In this document: positions 38,805 through 48,597 of the stretch, one piece after another
Numbering within the stretch: position 1 is the first letter of the stretch
Layout of the letters: each line of letters opens with the position of its first letter
DNA from: a virus
Reading direction: 5' to 3' (one strand)
Length of the DNA: 64,000 nucleotides
IMG/VR virus record: IMGVR_UViG_3300018080_000100
Position numbers and translations under genes: made by a program
Notes under the pieces: generated by a model
Databases searched by the model: none
What the model saw: the letters and a program-made list of their open reading frames with translations, nothing else
Told to the model about the DNA's origin: nothing

Positions 38805-41213
38805 CTACATTTCGCCTTCGCCGAGATCCATATCCACACCTTCGTCTGGGTACGGCTCGACAGTCTTTTGCTTGAGCTCCAGAGTCACGTCGCCCAGGCC
38901 CTCGAAGGCGTTTCGCATGGCGTCGGTCAAGTCCGGAAGGTTATTGCCACCGTACCGGTCCTCGAACTTGTCGTGGTGCCAGTACATGTTGAACAGCAGG
39001 CGGCCAAGGCTGTCGAGACCCTTCATCAGGTTCGACAGGTGCTTGTCGATTAGGGTTTCGTTCTGTGTGCCCTTGAGCAAGTTGGACAGCAAGGACGTGT
39101 CCAAGACCTCTTTCTGGCCGGTCTGGGACGCTTCCATGATCTGCTGCGCCATCATCGGCTCAGGCGGCGGAGACATCAACGGATGCTCTCGCGTCGCGCG
39201 CAGGCCATCGACTGGGACCTCTTGGATGTCCTCGCCGTACGTTGTCGGAACGCCGGAGCCCATGAAATGGTCAGAGCCCATCTCCGGTTCCGGGAACGTC
39301 GGAGCCGTCGGCGGGTAGCCGAGCGCCTCGTACGGCTGCGCCAGCTTGATTCGGCACTTGATACCGCGCTTGAGCGACGCTTCCTTGAGCAGTTCGCGTG
39401 CAGCCTTCTCGCGCAGTCCGTAATCGCGGACCAAGCTGACCATAGCGCCTACTGGCGACATGCGCTTACCGTCGACTACGGCCTCGGTGCCGTTGTTGAA
39501 GATCCGCAGTTCCTCGGAGGTCTTGTAGATTCCGAGCTGCAGGTCGACGTGGCTACCAGGACGCAGCGCAGGCGGATCGCTGGAGTCTTCCATGTCGCAG
39601 CACGTTACCGGGACTGGGCAGCAGCAATCGCCTTCGCAGCCGCAATCGGGCTTCGGGGGATCTTTGATCTTCACGGCTTTGGCGCCGTCCGGCACGTACA
39701 AGCAGCACAGCCGGGAGACGAACCGCGGACCCTTGATCCGATTCAGCATCACTGAGTCTGCCCCCTCGCAATCACTGTCGTACTCATACCGCCGTTCGGC
39801 AACAGGGGGCAGATGGTCAGGACGTCGGCTGCCGTAGCGATTACGCCAGCGGACCTCGTAACATTTTTCGTCGCCCTCGGCCGGCAGAGTATTCTTGACC
39901 TTGAAGACGCTGGTGCCCTGCCCGTTCGGCGCCAGGAGGACGTACATTGCGCCCTCTTCAAGGCTCGTGGTCTCCGGCAGTCCATCAAAGTAGTCGCGGA
40001 AGGACTCGCCGTTGTAGTCGTTAGAGACAAAGATTGCTCCGGGGTGTGTTTCCGTCCATGCCTTCTCGCCATCACCAATCCGGATCAACACGCCGTTGGG
40101 CTTTGTGCCGCGCGCATTGAACGGGGAGTGAATGTAGAGACACTTCTCGAATGAGTCTGGCTTGCACAGCACTTCGTAGATGCCCGTGTCGTCCGGGTTC
40201 ATCAGTTCGAGCGGCTCCTGCACGCGGTATGCGTGGGAGACTTCGTCATCGGTACGCTCGTCAGCGATGAATACGCCGTCGCGCTTGAGCTCTTGGGCCT
40301 GTTTCTCCGTGAGGCCATTGCTGCAATTGCGCGCACGCACATCAGTGCTATCATCGTAGCGCCAGATCTTGACTTTTCCTGCAAGCTGCTCTCGAGCCTG
40401 TGCAGCTGCAGACTTCTCGGGGAATAGACTCCCGGTCTTGTAGGTCTTCCCCTTCTTTTTCTTGTGCTTCTGGCCGGTTGGGATGGCCGACTCGGTGGTC
40501 TTGGCGCAGTCGATTGCTTCCTTGACTACGTCCGCGCCGTACATGTCCGTAAGCGGCCGGACCAGCTGTGGATAGGCGTCCAGCAGCGTGATGAACTGCA
40601 TGGCGGCGTCGGCGTTCTCCTTGACCAGACCAGGCACCTGGACCTGCAGCTCGACGTGCCGGCCAAGCGCGTGCATCAAGCCGGGCAGCGCGGGTGCAAG
40701 CCAGTCCGGGTAGGCTGACGCGTACTTGTTCCGCGGAGAGTCACGGAAGACGTCCATGTTCGGACGATCGACTCCGAGCGCAGCCAGGTTCGGCTTGGCT
40801 TCCTCGCCGATGACGTTGGGCTTCCGGTTCAACACGTAGTTGATCCAGTTCTCCTTCATCGGGACGAACGTGTCCGAGTCCTTGAGGTAGAGTAGCTCGT
40901 GGCCTTTCAGCTCACCGTTCAGGAAGAACACGGGAGCGTACAACAGCTGCGACCCGACACGGAAACCGAAGATGCCGACGGCGCGGTCGTTGTCCTCGTT
41001 CTTTTCCAGCAACTGGAAGCCCAGTTCGTGGTCGAGAAGTTGGGGTGCGCGGTCCTTGAGGTACGCGTGGGCCAGGTTTGAAAGGGCCTGCTCGAACGGA
41101 ACAGATTGGCCATCACCCCCCAAATCAGCACGCTTGATGTGCTGTGTACGGGCGTGGGACTGACAAACCTGTCTCCAATGTGCAGCGGGCCTCGAGAGCG
41201 GCTTGGTGCTCAT
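38805..41213 (-). CDS. large morphogenesis protein (portal candidate) with Cys cluster
   Basis: 802-aa ORF at the head of the capsid module. Carries CGCEGDCCCPVPVTCC. Confidence 0.3.
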   Translation of the reverse strand: MSTKPLSRPAAHWRQVCQSHARTQHIKRADLGGDGQSVPFEQALSNLAHAYLKDRAPQLLDHELGFQLLEKNEDNDRAVGIFGFRVGSQLLYAPVFFLNGELKGHELLYLKDSDTFVPMKENWINYVLNRKPNVIGEEAKPNLAALGVDRPNMDVFRDSPRNKYASAYPDWLAPALPGLMHALGRHVELQVQVPGLVKENADAAMQFITLLDAYPQLVRPLTDMYGADVVKEAIDCAKTTESAIPTGQKHKKKKGKTYKTGSLFPEKSAAAQAREQLAGKVKIWRYDDSTDVRARNCSNGLTEKQAQELKRDGVFIADERTDDEVSHAYRVQEPLELMNPDDTGIYEVLCKPDSFEKCLYIHSPFNARGTKPNGVLIRIGDGEKAWTETHPGAIFVSNDYNGESFRDYFDGLPETTSLEEGAMYVLLAPNGQGTSVFKVKNTLPAEGDEKCYEVRWRNRYGSRRPDHLPPVAERRYEYDSDCEGADSVMLNRIKGPRFVSRLCCLYVPDGAKAVKIKDPPKPDCGCEGDCCCPVPVTCCDMEDSSDPPALRPGSHVDLQLGIYKTSEELRIFNNGTEAVVDGKRMSPVGAMVSLVRDYGLREKAARELLKEASLKRGIKCRIKLAQPYEALGYPPTAPTFPEPEMGSDHFMGSGVPTTYGEDIQEVPVDGLRATREHPLMSPPPEPMMAQQIMEASQTGQKEVLDTSLLSNLLKGTQNETLIDKHLSNLMKGLDSLGRLLFNMYWHHDKFEDRYGGNNLPDLTDAMRNAFEGLGDVTLELKQKTVEPYPDEGVDMDLGEGEM

Positions 41214-41302
41214 AGTACCCTCATCCTGTGGGAAATTTGGCGTCCTGCCTGATCAAGAGCATGCTACCTATCGTAGCAGATACGTGGAGATCAGGGCAAC
41301 GT

Positions 41303-43192
41303 CTAGGTTTTAGGCGGCCTCAACACGTCCTTCGGCCAATTCCGACCAAACTCAGTGCCCTCGGCCATAGCCGGGACAAAGCTCGTACCCTTGGTGTCGG
41401 ACACAGCGCCACGATGCGTCGCGCTGAGTAGGCTTTTCTTCTGATTCGAACCCAGGAATCTGGTCATCCAGTCAGGATCATGACCGATCGAGGCCATGGC
41501 CCTGACCATGTGCGGGCGAAACGCCGGCTCGGTGTCGTGCGCCTCGACCGACTTCACGCCGAATTCTTCGAATACTGGCAGCATTGATGGCGTTATCCGG
41601 GTGCCGATCGTGTAGTGGAGCACCGGACGCTCCAGATACTTGCCTACAGCGTACTGCGGCTCAAACTGGGCCGAACCGTCGCGTGGCTGGTATCCGCGCT
41701 CAAATTGCTGGTACGGGATGACATCGCCTGGAACGTGGCCGTCATCCTCGTCCACCATCTCTACGTGATCGATCAGTCCTCGGGCGAGCAGCTCGATGTT
41801 CCGGCGGTTGGCGTACATGCCTCCGGCTCTGTACGCGTCTGCGAAGGTGTCGACGAAGTATCTTCGTCCTTCGCCGATTCCCTTATGCTTGACAATCTCT
41901 GAAGGATTCGGGATGCCGTCGCTGATGACGTCACCGGCCTCGACTGTATCTCCTCTCTCAACTTGGAGATCAAACCCCGGGAGCACGAAGTGTCTCTGTC
42001 CGCTAATGGTAACGTACCGACCACCTGCCGGCGCATCTTCGACGGCCGTCACCTTCCCGTCGAGCTGGGCATGGGCTGCGCCTCCTTTGAAGGTTTTTGG
42101 CACTTGCACGAGCTGGTTGACGTGTTGGAAGCCGGTGACGGACTGCGCTTCTCCTTTGACTCCACCTGAATGCTTTGAGGATAGCTGACCTTGCGTAAGC
42201 TTCTCGCTGAGTGCTTGTGCCGCCGCGACGCCAACCATGTCGCCAACCGGTGATAGGCCACCACGCTCACGTATACCAACATCACGAGAATACACCCCAG
42301 AGGCAGGCCCTCCCACCATTGGACTACGGACAAGAATACGCTTAACACCTTGATTCTCCAGGTCCTTCAAGATCTTCGGGGTAAGGACGGTGTTCCGCTC
42401 ATAATCACCAGCTGGGGACGCCAACAGTGCTCCTTCACTGTCAACGTCGGTCACGTCGACTGGCAGGCCCCGTATCGGCGCTCCTTCGCCCGGTTCCTCA
42501 TCGTCATCAGAAGCCGTGACGAGTAGTCGGTGTGCCAGCTGGTTAAGTTGCTTCGAGAAGAAGCCCGCATCTTGGGTCGCAAATTTCACGTCGATCAGAC
42601 CCTTGCGCGCGCCATACGTAGCGGCCCAGAACTCCGCAGGCCGCAGACCCTCGGCGAAGCTTGTCTGTACTGGAAACGGAATGACGTTCTCGTGGTGATC
42701 GACATACAGCATGTCGCCGCCGATCAGGCGCTTTAGTCCGGTGATACCCTTGCCACCGCCTACAAAGCCGGACACCACCTGGTCAGCCAGCGGGTTCTTG
42801 GCCTTCTTGGCGTCGGCAAGAATCTCCTTCTGTAGCCGTTCGTGCTCGACCGCAGTCGCTTCGACGACCTTCTCTTCCTTCTTCTCCTCACTCCACTTAT
42901 CGTTGGACAGGATGTCCCGGATGCGCCTGTTCAGACGCTGGCGAGACATGTGGACAGAAGGCGTTGGGCGCATATGACGCAGGCCAAAAGAACTCCCACC
43001 GGTTGTGAACGCAACGTCTCGGCCCACGTCAGACAGGCGTTTGGAAACTTCACGGTACTTCTCCGGATGTTCCTCGGCGACTTGGCGAAGCAGCGCGCTG
43101 ATGCCCTTCTTGTCCAAGACACGCGTGTAGTCACGCATATCCGACGGTAGCGCCTCGTTCACCATGAGTTGTCCGATGGTCGTACGAATCAC
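41303..43192 (-). CDS. multisubunit RNA polymerase beta' subunit, C-terminal half (rpoC2/gamma-beta' split-like)
   Basis: [13 protein letters not shown] resembles E. coli beta' TTVGRAILWMIVP. The bridge-helix region [35 protein letters not shown] resembles [64 protein letters not shown] resembles the trigger-loop region [28 protein letters not shown]. Confidence 0.85.
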   Translation of the reverse strand: [629 protein letters not shown]

Positions 43193-43452
43193 GGGTTATC
43201 CCCTGGCTTCCATAACGTGCCTGGAGGCGTCGGCATATCCAGCATATTGCTCATGACCGTCTCGTCGAGACCGACGCCACGCAGCGCACGCTGCATGGCC
43301 TCATCACCGTCACCGCGATGGACGATGAAATAGTTGTCCGGCCCGACCTGCATCGCTACGCATAGCGCCTGTCCGTCAGCTGATCGCAGCACCAATCTGG
43401 TAGCCTCGATCTGCTCGGGGCTGCCGAGTTTGTTATGCAGCTCGACGATCAT
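43189..43452 (-). CDS. small protein encoded between the RNAP subunit genes
   Basis: 87-aa ORF, ATGA-coupled to the beta'-C gene. Confidence 0.4.
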   Translation of the reverse strand: MIVELHNKLGSPEQIEATRLVLRSADGQALCVAMQVGPDNYFIVHRGDGDEAMQRALRGVGLDETVMSNMLDMPTPPGTLWKPGDNP

Positions 43453-43453
43453 G

Positions 43454-44146
43454 CTACGCTCCGGTCAGGCCACGAGACAGCGCGGAAAGTGCGTCGATCC
43501 GGCGTGCGCTGTCGTCGAAATCGGGGGCCTCTTCGGGCGCGGCGGGCGCACGGAACAGCGACATAACGCCGTCCGCATCGGCAGCGGGCTTCTCTGTACC
43601 GCCAGCGGGTTCGATCGGGCTGACTGGCGCTTGGCCGCCGATCGCGGGCAGTTGTCCCGCCTGCTCGGACTCACCGCCCTGGCCGATCGGTGCGCTTTGT
43701 GGCGGCTGCCCTTGGGAGAGCATTGCCACAGTACCGTCGTCCAGAATATCCGGAGGCATCTCGATCCCGGTGTGCTTCATCATGTGGGTCAGGAGCTTGC
43801 GAACGCGGCTCAGCTCTTGGTAGATGAAGGTTGGGTCGATCTTGGGCTTTCCGCCTGCAGCGGGGGCGCCTGCCGCGGGCGCTGCCGGAGGAGCTGCAGC
43901 TGCAGCCATTGGGTCCATTGGAGGCGCCCCACCTGGCGGCATTCCTGCCATCGCCGGATCCATCGGCGGTGCGCCGCCCATTGCTGCGGGGTCCATTGGC
44001 GGCGCGCCGCCTGGCGGCATGCCTCCGCCCATCGCTGCGGCCGGGTCCGTGGCGCCCTGCGGCACAAAGGCTTGCTTTTCTGCCTCACCGCGAAGCCTCC
44101 AGTCGGCTACGTCGAAGAGCGTCTCGTTCATTTCGTGTCTGGTCAT
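43454..44146 (-). CDS. Met/Pro/Gly-repeat protein encoded between the RNAP subunit genes
   Basis: 230-aa ORF with repeats GG(A/M)PP(G/M)(D/G)P...PPMDP. Confidence 0.45.
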   Translation of the reverse strand: MTRHEMNETLFDVADWRLRGEAEKQAFVPQGATDPAAAMGGGMPPGGAPPMDPAAMGGAPPMDPAMAGMPPGGAPPMDPMAAAAAPPAAPAAGAPAAGGKPKIDPTFIYQELSRVRKLLTHMMKHTGIEMPPDILDDGTVAMLSQGQPPQSAPIGQGGESEQAGQLPAIGGQAPVSPIEPAGGTEKPAADADGVMSLFRAPAAPEEAPDFDDSARRIDALSALSRGLTGA

Positions 44147-44226
44147 GGCAAAGCGAACTCCAGTGAGGGTTCATGATATCTTACCAGCTTATCGGGGACG
44201 CGGTGTTTATACAATCCGACTGTCCG

Positions 44227-47200
44227 CTATTCTAGGATCTCCACGCGCTGGCCGGAGCCTATTTCGCCGCGATGGTAAGCGGCAATTGCATCTTTCTTGG
44301 TCTTGAACACGCGTGCTGGCGTGGGGTCGGCCTTCGCTGTAGCCGCCCACAGCCCGCCGACGTATTCCTTGCTCGGCGTGTAATGGACATCGAAATCGCC
44401 GACAGCCAGCAGGTTCTTGGACGGCATCAGCTTCTCTTTGGCCTCGTCCACGGCGTCGTCACTGGACGGCACGTGGAACTGCATGGCGTCACCATCGAAG
44501 TCAGCGCCGAAGCCGCCAACGGTCAGCGGCGGAATCTCCAGCGTGGATGACGATGTGAGCTGCGGCCAGAACGCCATCACGCCGAACCTGTGCAACACAG
44601 GTGCGCGGTTGATGACCACCGGCCGGGTCTGCATTTCGCTCTGTAGCTCACGCAGCGCCAGCGGGGTGCGCTCCTTAGCCTCCTCCATGGCCTTGATCTT
44701 GCCCATGCCACGCCGTACGAGGCGGCGCACGATGAACGGCTGGTACAACGTCCACGCCTCGTCGATCGGCAGCCCGACCTGGTCCATGTCGAGGTTCGGG
44801 TTAGGCGTGATCGTAGCGCGTCCAACGAGGTCGACGGTGCTGCCGAGCAGCTTCCGTTGTACGGTACCGAACTTCGGGCTACTGCCAAAGACATGCTTGA
44901 GGATGCCCTTGATGTCCTGCTCTTGGAACTCCGGCGAGATCGGGTTACCGAGGCCGGTCACGCCCTTGAACGCCTTGTACACGGCCAGGCGCTCGTCAGT
45001 GATGTCGTCGGTGAGCTTAGACAGGTCTTTCAGGTTCTTCGTGGCCTCGAAGACCTCTTTGTACAGGTAGTTTGCGTCGTTCACGAGCTGCGTGTTGGTA
45101 TCGGCGAACAGCGAGACCGGGCGGAACGTAGGCGGCAGCACGGGCACGCGGTCCATCATCCAGTCACCTGGGTGCTGGCCGTTCTCCTTCGCTGACTTGA
45201 GATACTGCAAGCGTCGGATCGCCTTGTCGCGGTAGGTCTTCTTACCGCTGTTCATCTCTGCACGTGCGCGCTCGATCTCCTTGTTGAGGTTGATATCCTC
45301 AAGCGCAGACTTGATGCCCGCAGGTCCAGTTAGCTGCTCACGCCCAGGCAAGCCTTCGCGGCCAGCCAAGACCGATTCGAACTGCTTCTGCGTCAGCCCT
45401 AGGATGCGCCGGATAGGTTCTTCCATAACCGGGTTTGGCAGCGGCTCGTGCAGCTTGATATGGCTCCAACGGTTACCACCGTGGCCGCCGGTAAGCGACT
45501 CGTCGAACAGGCCGCCCTTGATCGGCGTCAGCTTGCTGATACGCCAGTCGACTGTCTGTGCGTTCTGGATTTCGCGATCGCCGGTGAGATCAACAGCGTC
45601 CGGACCGGTCATGGCCATGACTTGCAGCTGCGTGCCGGTCTTGACTGGGTTGATGCCTGCGCCCTTCAACTGCGCAACGAACTTCTCGAACATGAACGGG
45701 ACCTTCGGCTCGGGCGGCGTATAGCCGGACATGAGCATGCGCCAGTAGTCCTCGTTCCGCTGGCCTCGGACGATGCTGGCGTCACGGATGGTCTTGTACG
45801 CACCGTGTGACAGCAATGCATTCAGTTCGAGCATACCGACGCGCTTCGAGCCTGATGGTCCGCCCTTGGCAGGCTGACCCTCAGCGGTGTAGCCGCCACC
45901 GGCCGCGCGGCCTTGCAGCTTGGCCTCGGCTGTGTGGTGCAGCTTCATGATGAAGCGGTTGCCGGCATCGATGTCCTTGAGCGTGCGCCCGGTCTTCGGG
46001 TCGGTCAGGTCTTCGGTGTCCGGCAACCCGTGCTTGCGCAGTTCGCGTTCGGCGAACTCGCGGAGGTCTTTCAGGCTGCCGAAGTCTTGCAGCTTGTACG
46101 GCTTACCAGTCAGCGCGGCAATCTTACCTAGCTGGGCCTCGATGATCTGCGAGGGATTGCCCCGACCCATGATGCCGCCTGGGTTGAGTAGCACTTCGTA
46201 TGGCACTTTGTCGGGACCGTGCGGCATGTCTTCGTCCGGGACGATGGCGGCCACAACGCCCTTATCGCCGTAACGTCCGGCGAACTTGTCACCAACTTGC
46301 GTGGGATGTAGGGACTTAACGACAACGGAGATACCCTTCTTTCCTTTGTGAACGTCGGTTACGGTTCCTGGCGAGTGGTGATCCCACATGATCGATGCGT
46401 TCGACCACGACGCCTTGCGACGACCAAGCCGCGGACCCGTCTTACGCTCTTTCACGGCCAAAATCAACGGCTCGTCCATGTTCACCGTCTCGCCGACGCG
46501 CACTACGCCGTCGTCATCGTACTTCTCCAGCAGCTTCCGGTCGTATTCGCCCGGATAGATCGACATGAATGTGTTCTTGGACGCCTTGGTGCCTTCGGCA
46601 ATATCAAGCTCGTGCTGGTACATGTGTTCCGAGCTAGCGCGCTTAGCGAACGACTCCGAGATTACGATGGCGTCTTCGAAGTTGTAGCCTTTGTACGGGA
46701 GGTACGCGACGCGTGCATTTTTGCCAAGGGCAGTTGTCCCGCCTTGATCAGTGAAGTTTGAGGAGGCAAGAAGCTGGCCGGAGCGAACTTTGTCACCAGG
46801 TCGGACCACAGGGCGATTGTGGACGAAGGTCTTTCTGTTGTAGGGGTGGTTGTCATAGAGCTCCTCGTAATGAACCTTCCGGTCCTTACCCCTGATCTTG
46901 ATAGCGCTCGGCGTGACTTCCAGCACCGTACCGTCGACCTGGCTCTTCACCGCGCCCATGTCACTGCCGAGCAAGTCCTCGAACGATGTGCCTTCCATGC
47001 CCGGGACACCAGACTGTACCAATGGCGCCTCTGCGTCCGCCATCGGCAGCGCTTGCGAAAGCATGCGGCTGCCCATAGAAACGCGCTGTGGGAACGCAGC
47101 GCCTTTCAACGGGACCATGGATGCCAACGGGCCGAACGCCTCGGTCATGTCGGCTAGCTGGTAGTCGACGTCCTTGGCGGCGACGTACTTGAGCTTGCCT

Positions 47201-48597
47201 TTGTGCTGTGCGCGGACGTGCGGCTGCCCCGATTCAAGCTCTCCTGGAAAAGCGACGACAGCATCTGCAACATCCTGTGGTGACTTCCAGACGGTCTTGC
47301 CTGTCTTCGGATGAAGGAATCGCGAGTATATGCGTCCGTCAGGGCCTTTAAGCGTTCGGATTGATAGGCGGGAATCGATACCGATCTTGCCCGACTCTGG
47401 GGTGTGGACAGGATCAATGAATCCAAGGTGGCTAGGTTGAACATTACGCGCCTCGTCGGGAACCGAATCGGACGACGGGATGCCGCCCTCGCCCATACGC
47501 GTTACGCGCACGCGCTGGTCGTACAGTTCCGCTGGGTTGATTTCTTCTAGTGGATTGCCAAGCCCGGTCTCGAGGATAGCGCCTCGCACCATCTTTTGGA
47601 AGATGTTGGGCTGCAATCTGCTGAGATTACCGGGCAGCGTGGCCTTCCACAGCGCCTTACGCGCTTCGATCGCAGCCTTGTTGATGCGCTCGGCGAATAG
47701 ATCCTCCGGCCCGACAGTGCGCTGGAACGCCATGGCGTCGCGGTCGTCGGCATCTTCCTCGCCCTTGTGTACGCGCAGTAGCTTCTGTGTCGACGACAGG
47801 ATGACCTCGGGATCAACCTTAGCATAAGGTTTGCCGAGCGTACGCTTAGTGACCTCTGGGTCCAGTTCCATCTCGTCGAAAGCTGCACGGATAGCCTCGA
47901 ACATCTCCTGGTCGTCGCCAGCAGTGCCTCTGCGGACCAGTTTCTTGTACAGCTTCTTGATCGTGCCTGGGTCGCTCTTCTGCGCATTCGCAACGAACAA
48001 CTCGTTACCCCAGGCATCGCGTATCTGTCTGTCCGTGGCACCCAATGCTTTAAGCACCGGCATCAACGGCATGCGAGCTTGTCCGAACTGAATTCGAAAG
48101 ATACCTGTCTCTGGGTCCAGGAAGTAGCGGTGACCAAATCCCCGTGCAACATTGACATGGGACTCTAACTCGCCGGACTCCTTGATACGAGTGAAGATCC
48201 CAGGTCGTAACCGCATCTGGTGAGACAAGCTGTACTCGTTGCCGTTGAGGATGAACGTACCACGGGGAGTCATGTGCGGAATGCTGGCCAAGGTGACCCG
48301 CTTCTCGTCCACGACTTGCTGGGCGTCATCGTTTGTGCGCAGCTGGTATGTACCGCGCAAACGGCGGCCGAGCGAGCGGCCCTCTAGGACAGCGCGCTTC
48401 TCATCGGCCTTTGTGTATGTTTCTGGTCCGTCGTAGCCAACATTAGACAGGCCCAGTATGTATTTCTGGTTGGAGACGGGCGCCTGGTTCTGCGCCGCCG
48501 TAAGCGCATTCTGGTAGACAGCGGCACGCGTGGCATTCACGTCACCGAATGCGCGGGCCTCTGGTGGCCCGCCTTGCATATCCAGCAGAGGATTCAT
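44227..48597 (-). CDS. fused RNA polymerase beta subunit plus beta' N-terminal segment (contains the NADFDGD-type catalytic motif)
   Basis: The N-terminal part resembles beta: RGTFILNGNEYSLSHQMRLRPGIFT, LGKNARVAYLPYKGYNFEDAIVISE, GRYGDKGVVAAIVPDEDMPHGPDKVPYEVLLNPGGIMGRGNPSQIIEAQLG. The C-terminal part resembles beta': INRAPVLHRFG and GGFGADFDGDAMQFHVP. The beta' zinc-finger cysteines are absent. Confidence 0.9.
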   Translation of the reverse strand: MNPLLDMQGGPPEARAFGDVNATRAAVYQNALTAAQNQAPVSNQKYILGLSNVGYDGPETYTKADEKRAVLEGRSLGRRLRGTYQLRTNDDAQQVVDEKRVTLASIPHMTPRGTFILNGNEYSLSHQMRLRPGIFTRIKESGELESHVNVARGFGHRYFLDPETGIFRIQFGQARMPLMPVLKALGATDRQIRDAWGNELFVANAQKSDPGTIKKLYKKLVRRGTAGDDQEMFEAIRAAFDEMELDPEVTKRTLGKPYAKVDPEVILSSTQKLLRVHKGEEDADDRDAMAFQRTVGPEDLFAERINKAAIEARKALWKATLPGNLSRLQPNIFQKMVRGAILETGLGNPLEEINPAELYDQRVRVTRMGEGGIPSSDSVPDEARNVQPSHLGFIDPVHTPESGKIGIDSRLSIRTLKGPDGRIYSRFLHPKTGKTVWKSPQDVADAVVAFPGELESGQPHVRAQHKGKLKYVAAKDVDYQLADMTEAFGPLASMVPLKGAAFPQRVSMGSRMLSQALPMADAEAPLVQSGVPGMEGTSFEDLLGSDMGAVKSQVDGTVLEVTPSAIKIRGKDRKVHYEELYDNHPYNRKTFVHNRPVVRPGDKVRSGQLLASSNFTDQGGTTALGKNARVAYLPYKGYNFEDAIVISESFAKRASSEHMYQHELDIAEGTKASKNTFMSIYPGEYDRKLLEKYDDDGVVRVGETVNMDEPLILAVKERKTGPRLGRRKASWSNASIMWDHHSPGTVTDVHKGKKGISVVVKSLHPTQVGDKFAGRYGDKGVVAAIVPDEDMPHGPDKVPYEVLLNPGGIMGRGNPSQIIEAQLGKIAALTGKPYKLQDFGSLKDLREFAERELRKHGLPDTEDLTDPKTGRTLKDIDAGNRFIMKLHHTAEAKLQGRAAGGGYTAEGQPAKGGPSGSKRVGMLELNALLSHGAYKTIRDASIVRGQRNEDYWRMLMSGYTPPEPKVPFMFEKFVAQLKGAGINPVKTGTQLQVMAMTGPDAVDLTGDREIQNAQTVDWRISKLTPIKGGLFDESLTGGHGGNRWSHIKLHEPLPNPVMEEPIRRILGLTQKQFESVLAGREGLPGREQLTGPAGIKSALEDINLNKEIERARAEMNSGKKTYRDKAIRRLQYLKSAKENGQHPGDWMMDRVPVLPPTFRPVSLFADTNTQLVNDANYLYKEVFEATKNLKDLSKLTDDITDERLAVYKAFKGVTGLGNPISPEFQEQDIKGILKHVFGSSPKFGTVQRKLLGSTVDLVGRATITPNPNLDMDQVGLPIDEAWTLYQPFIVRRLVRRGMGKIKAMEEAKERTPLALRELQSEMQTRPVVINRAPVLHRFGVMAFWPQLTSSSTLEIPPLTVGGFGADFDGDAMQFHVPSSDDAVDEAKEKLMPSKNLLAVGDFDVHYTPSKEYVGGLWAATAKADPTPARVFKTKKDAIAAYHRGEIGSGQRVEILE

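Noticed and set aside
41440-41465. GGTTCGAATC (tRNA T-loop-like) on the minus strand, which could have indicated a tRNA gene
   Set aside because: It lies in-frame inside the beta'-C coding sequence (encodes GSNQ). The flanking sequence cannot form a T-stem or acceptor stem.
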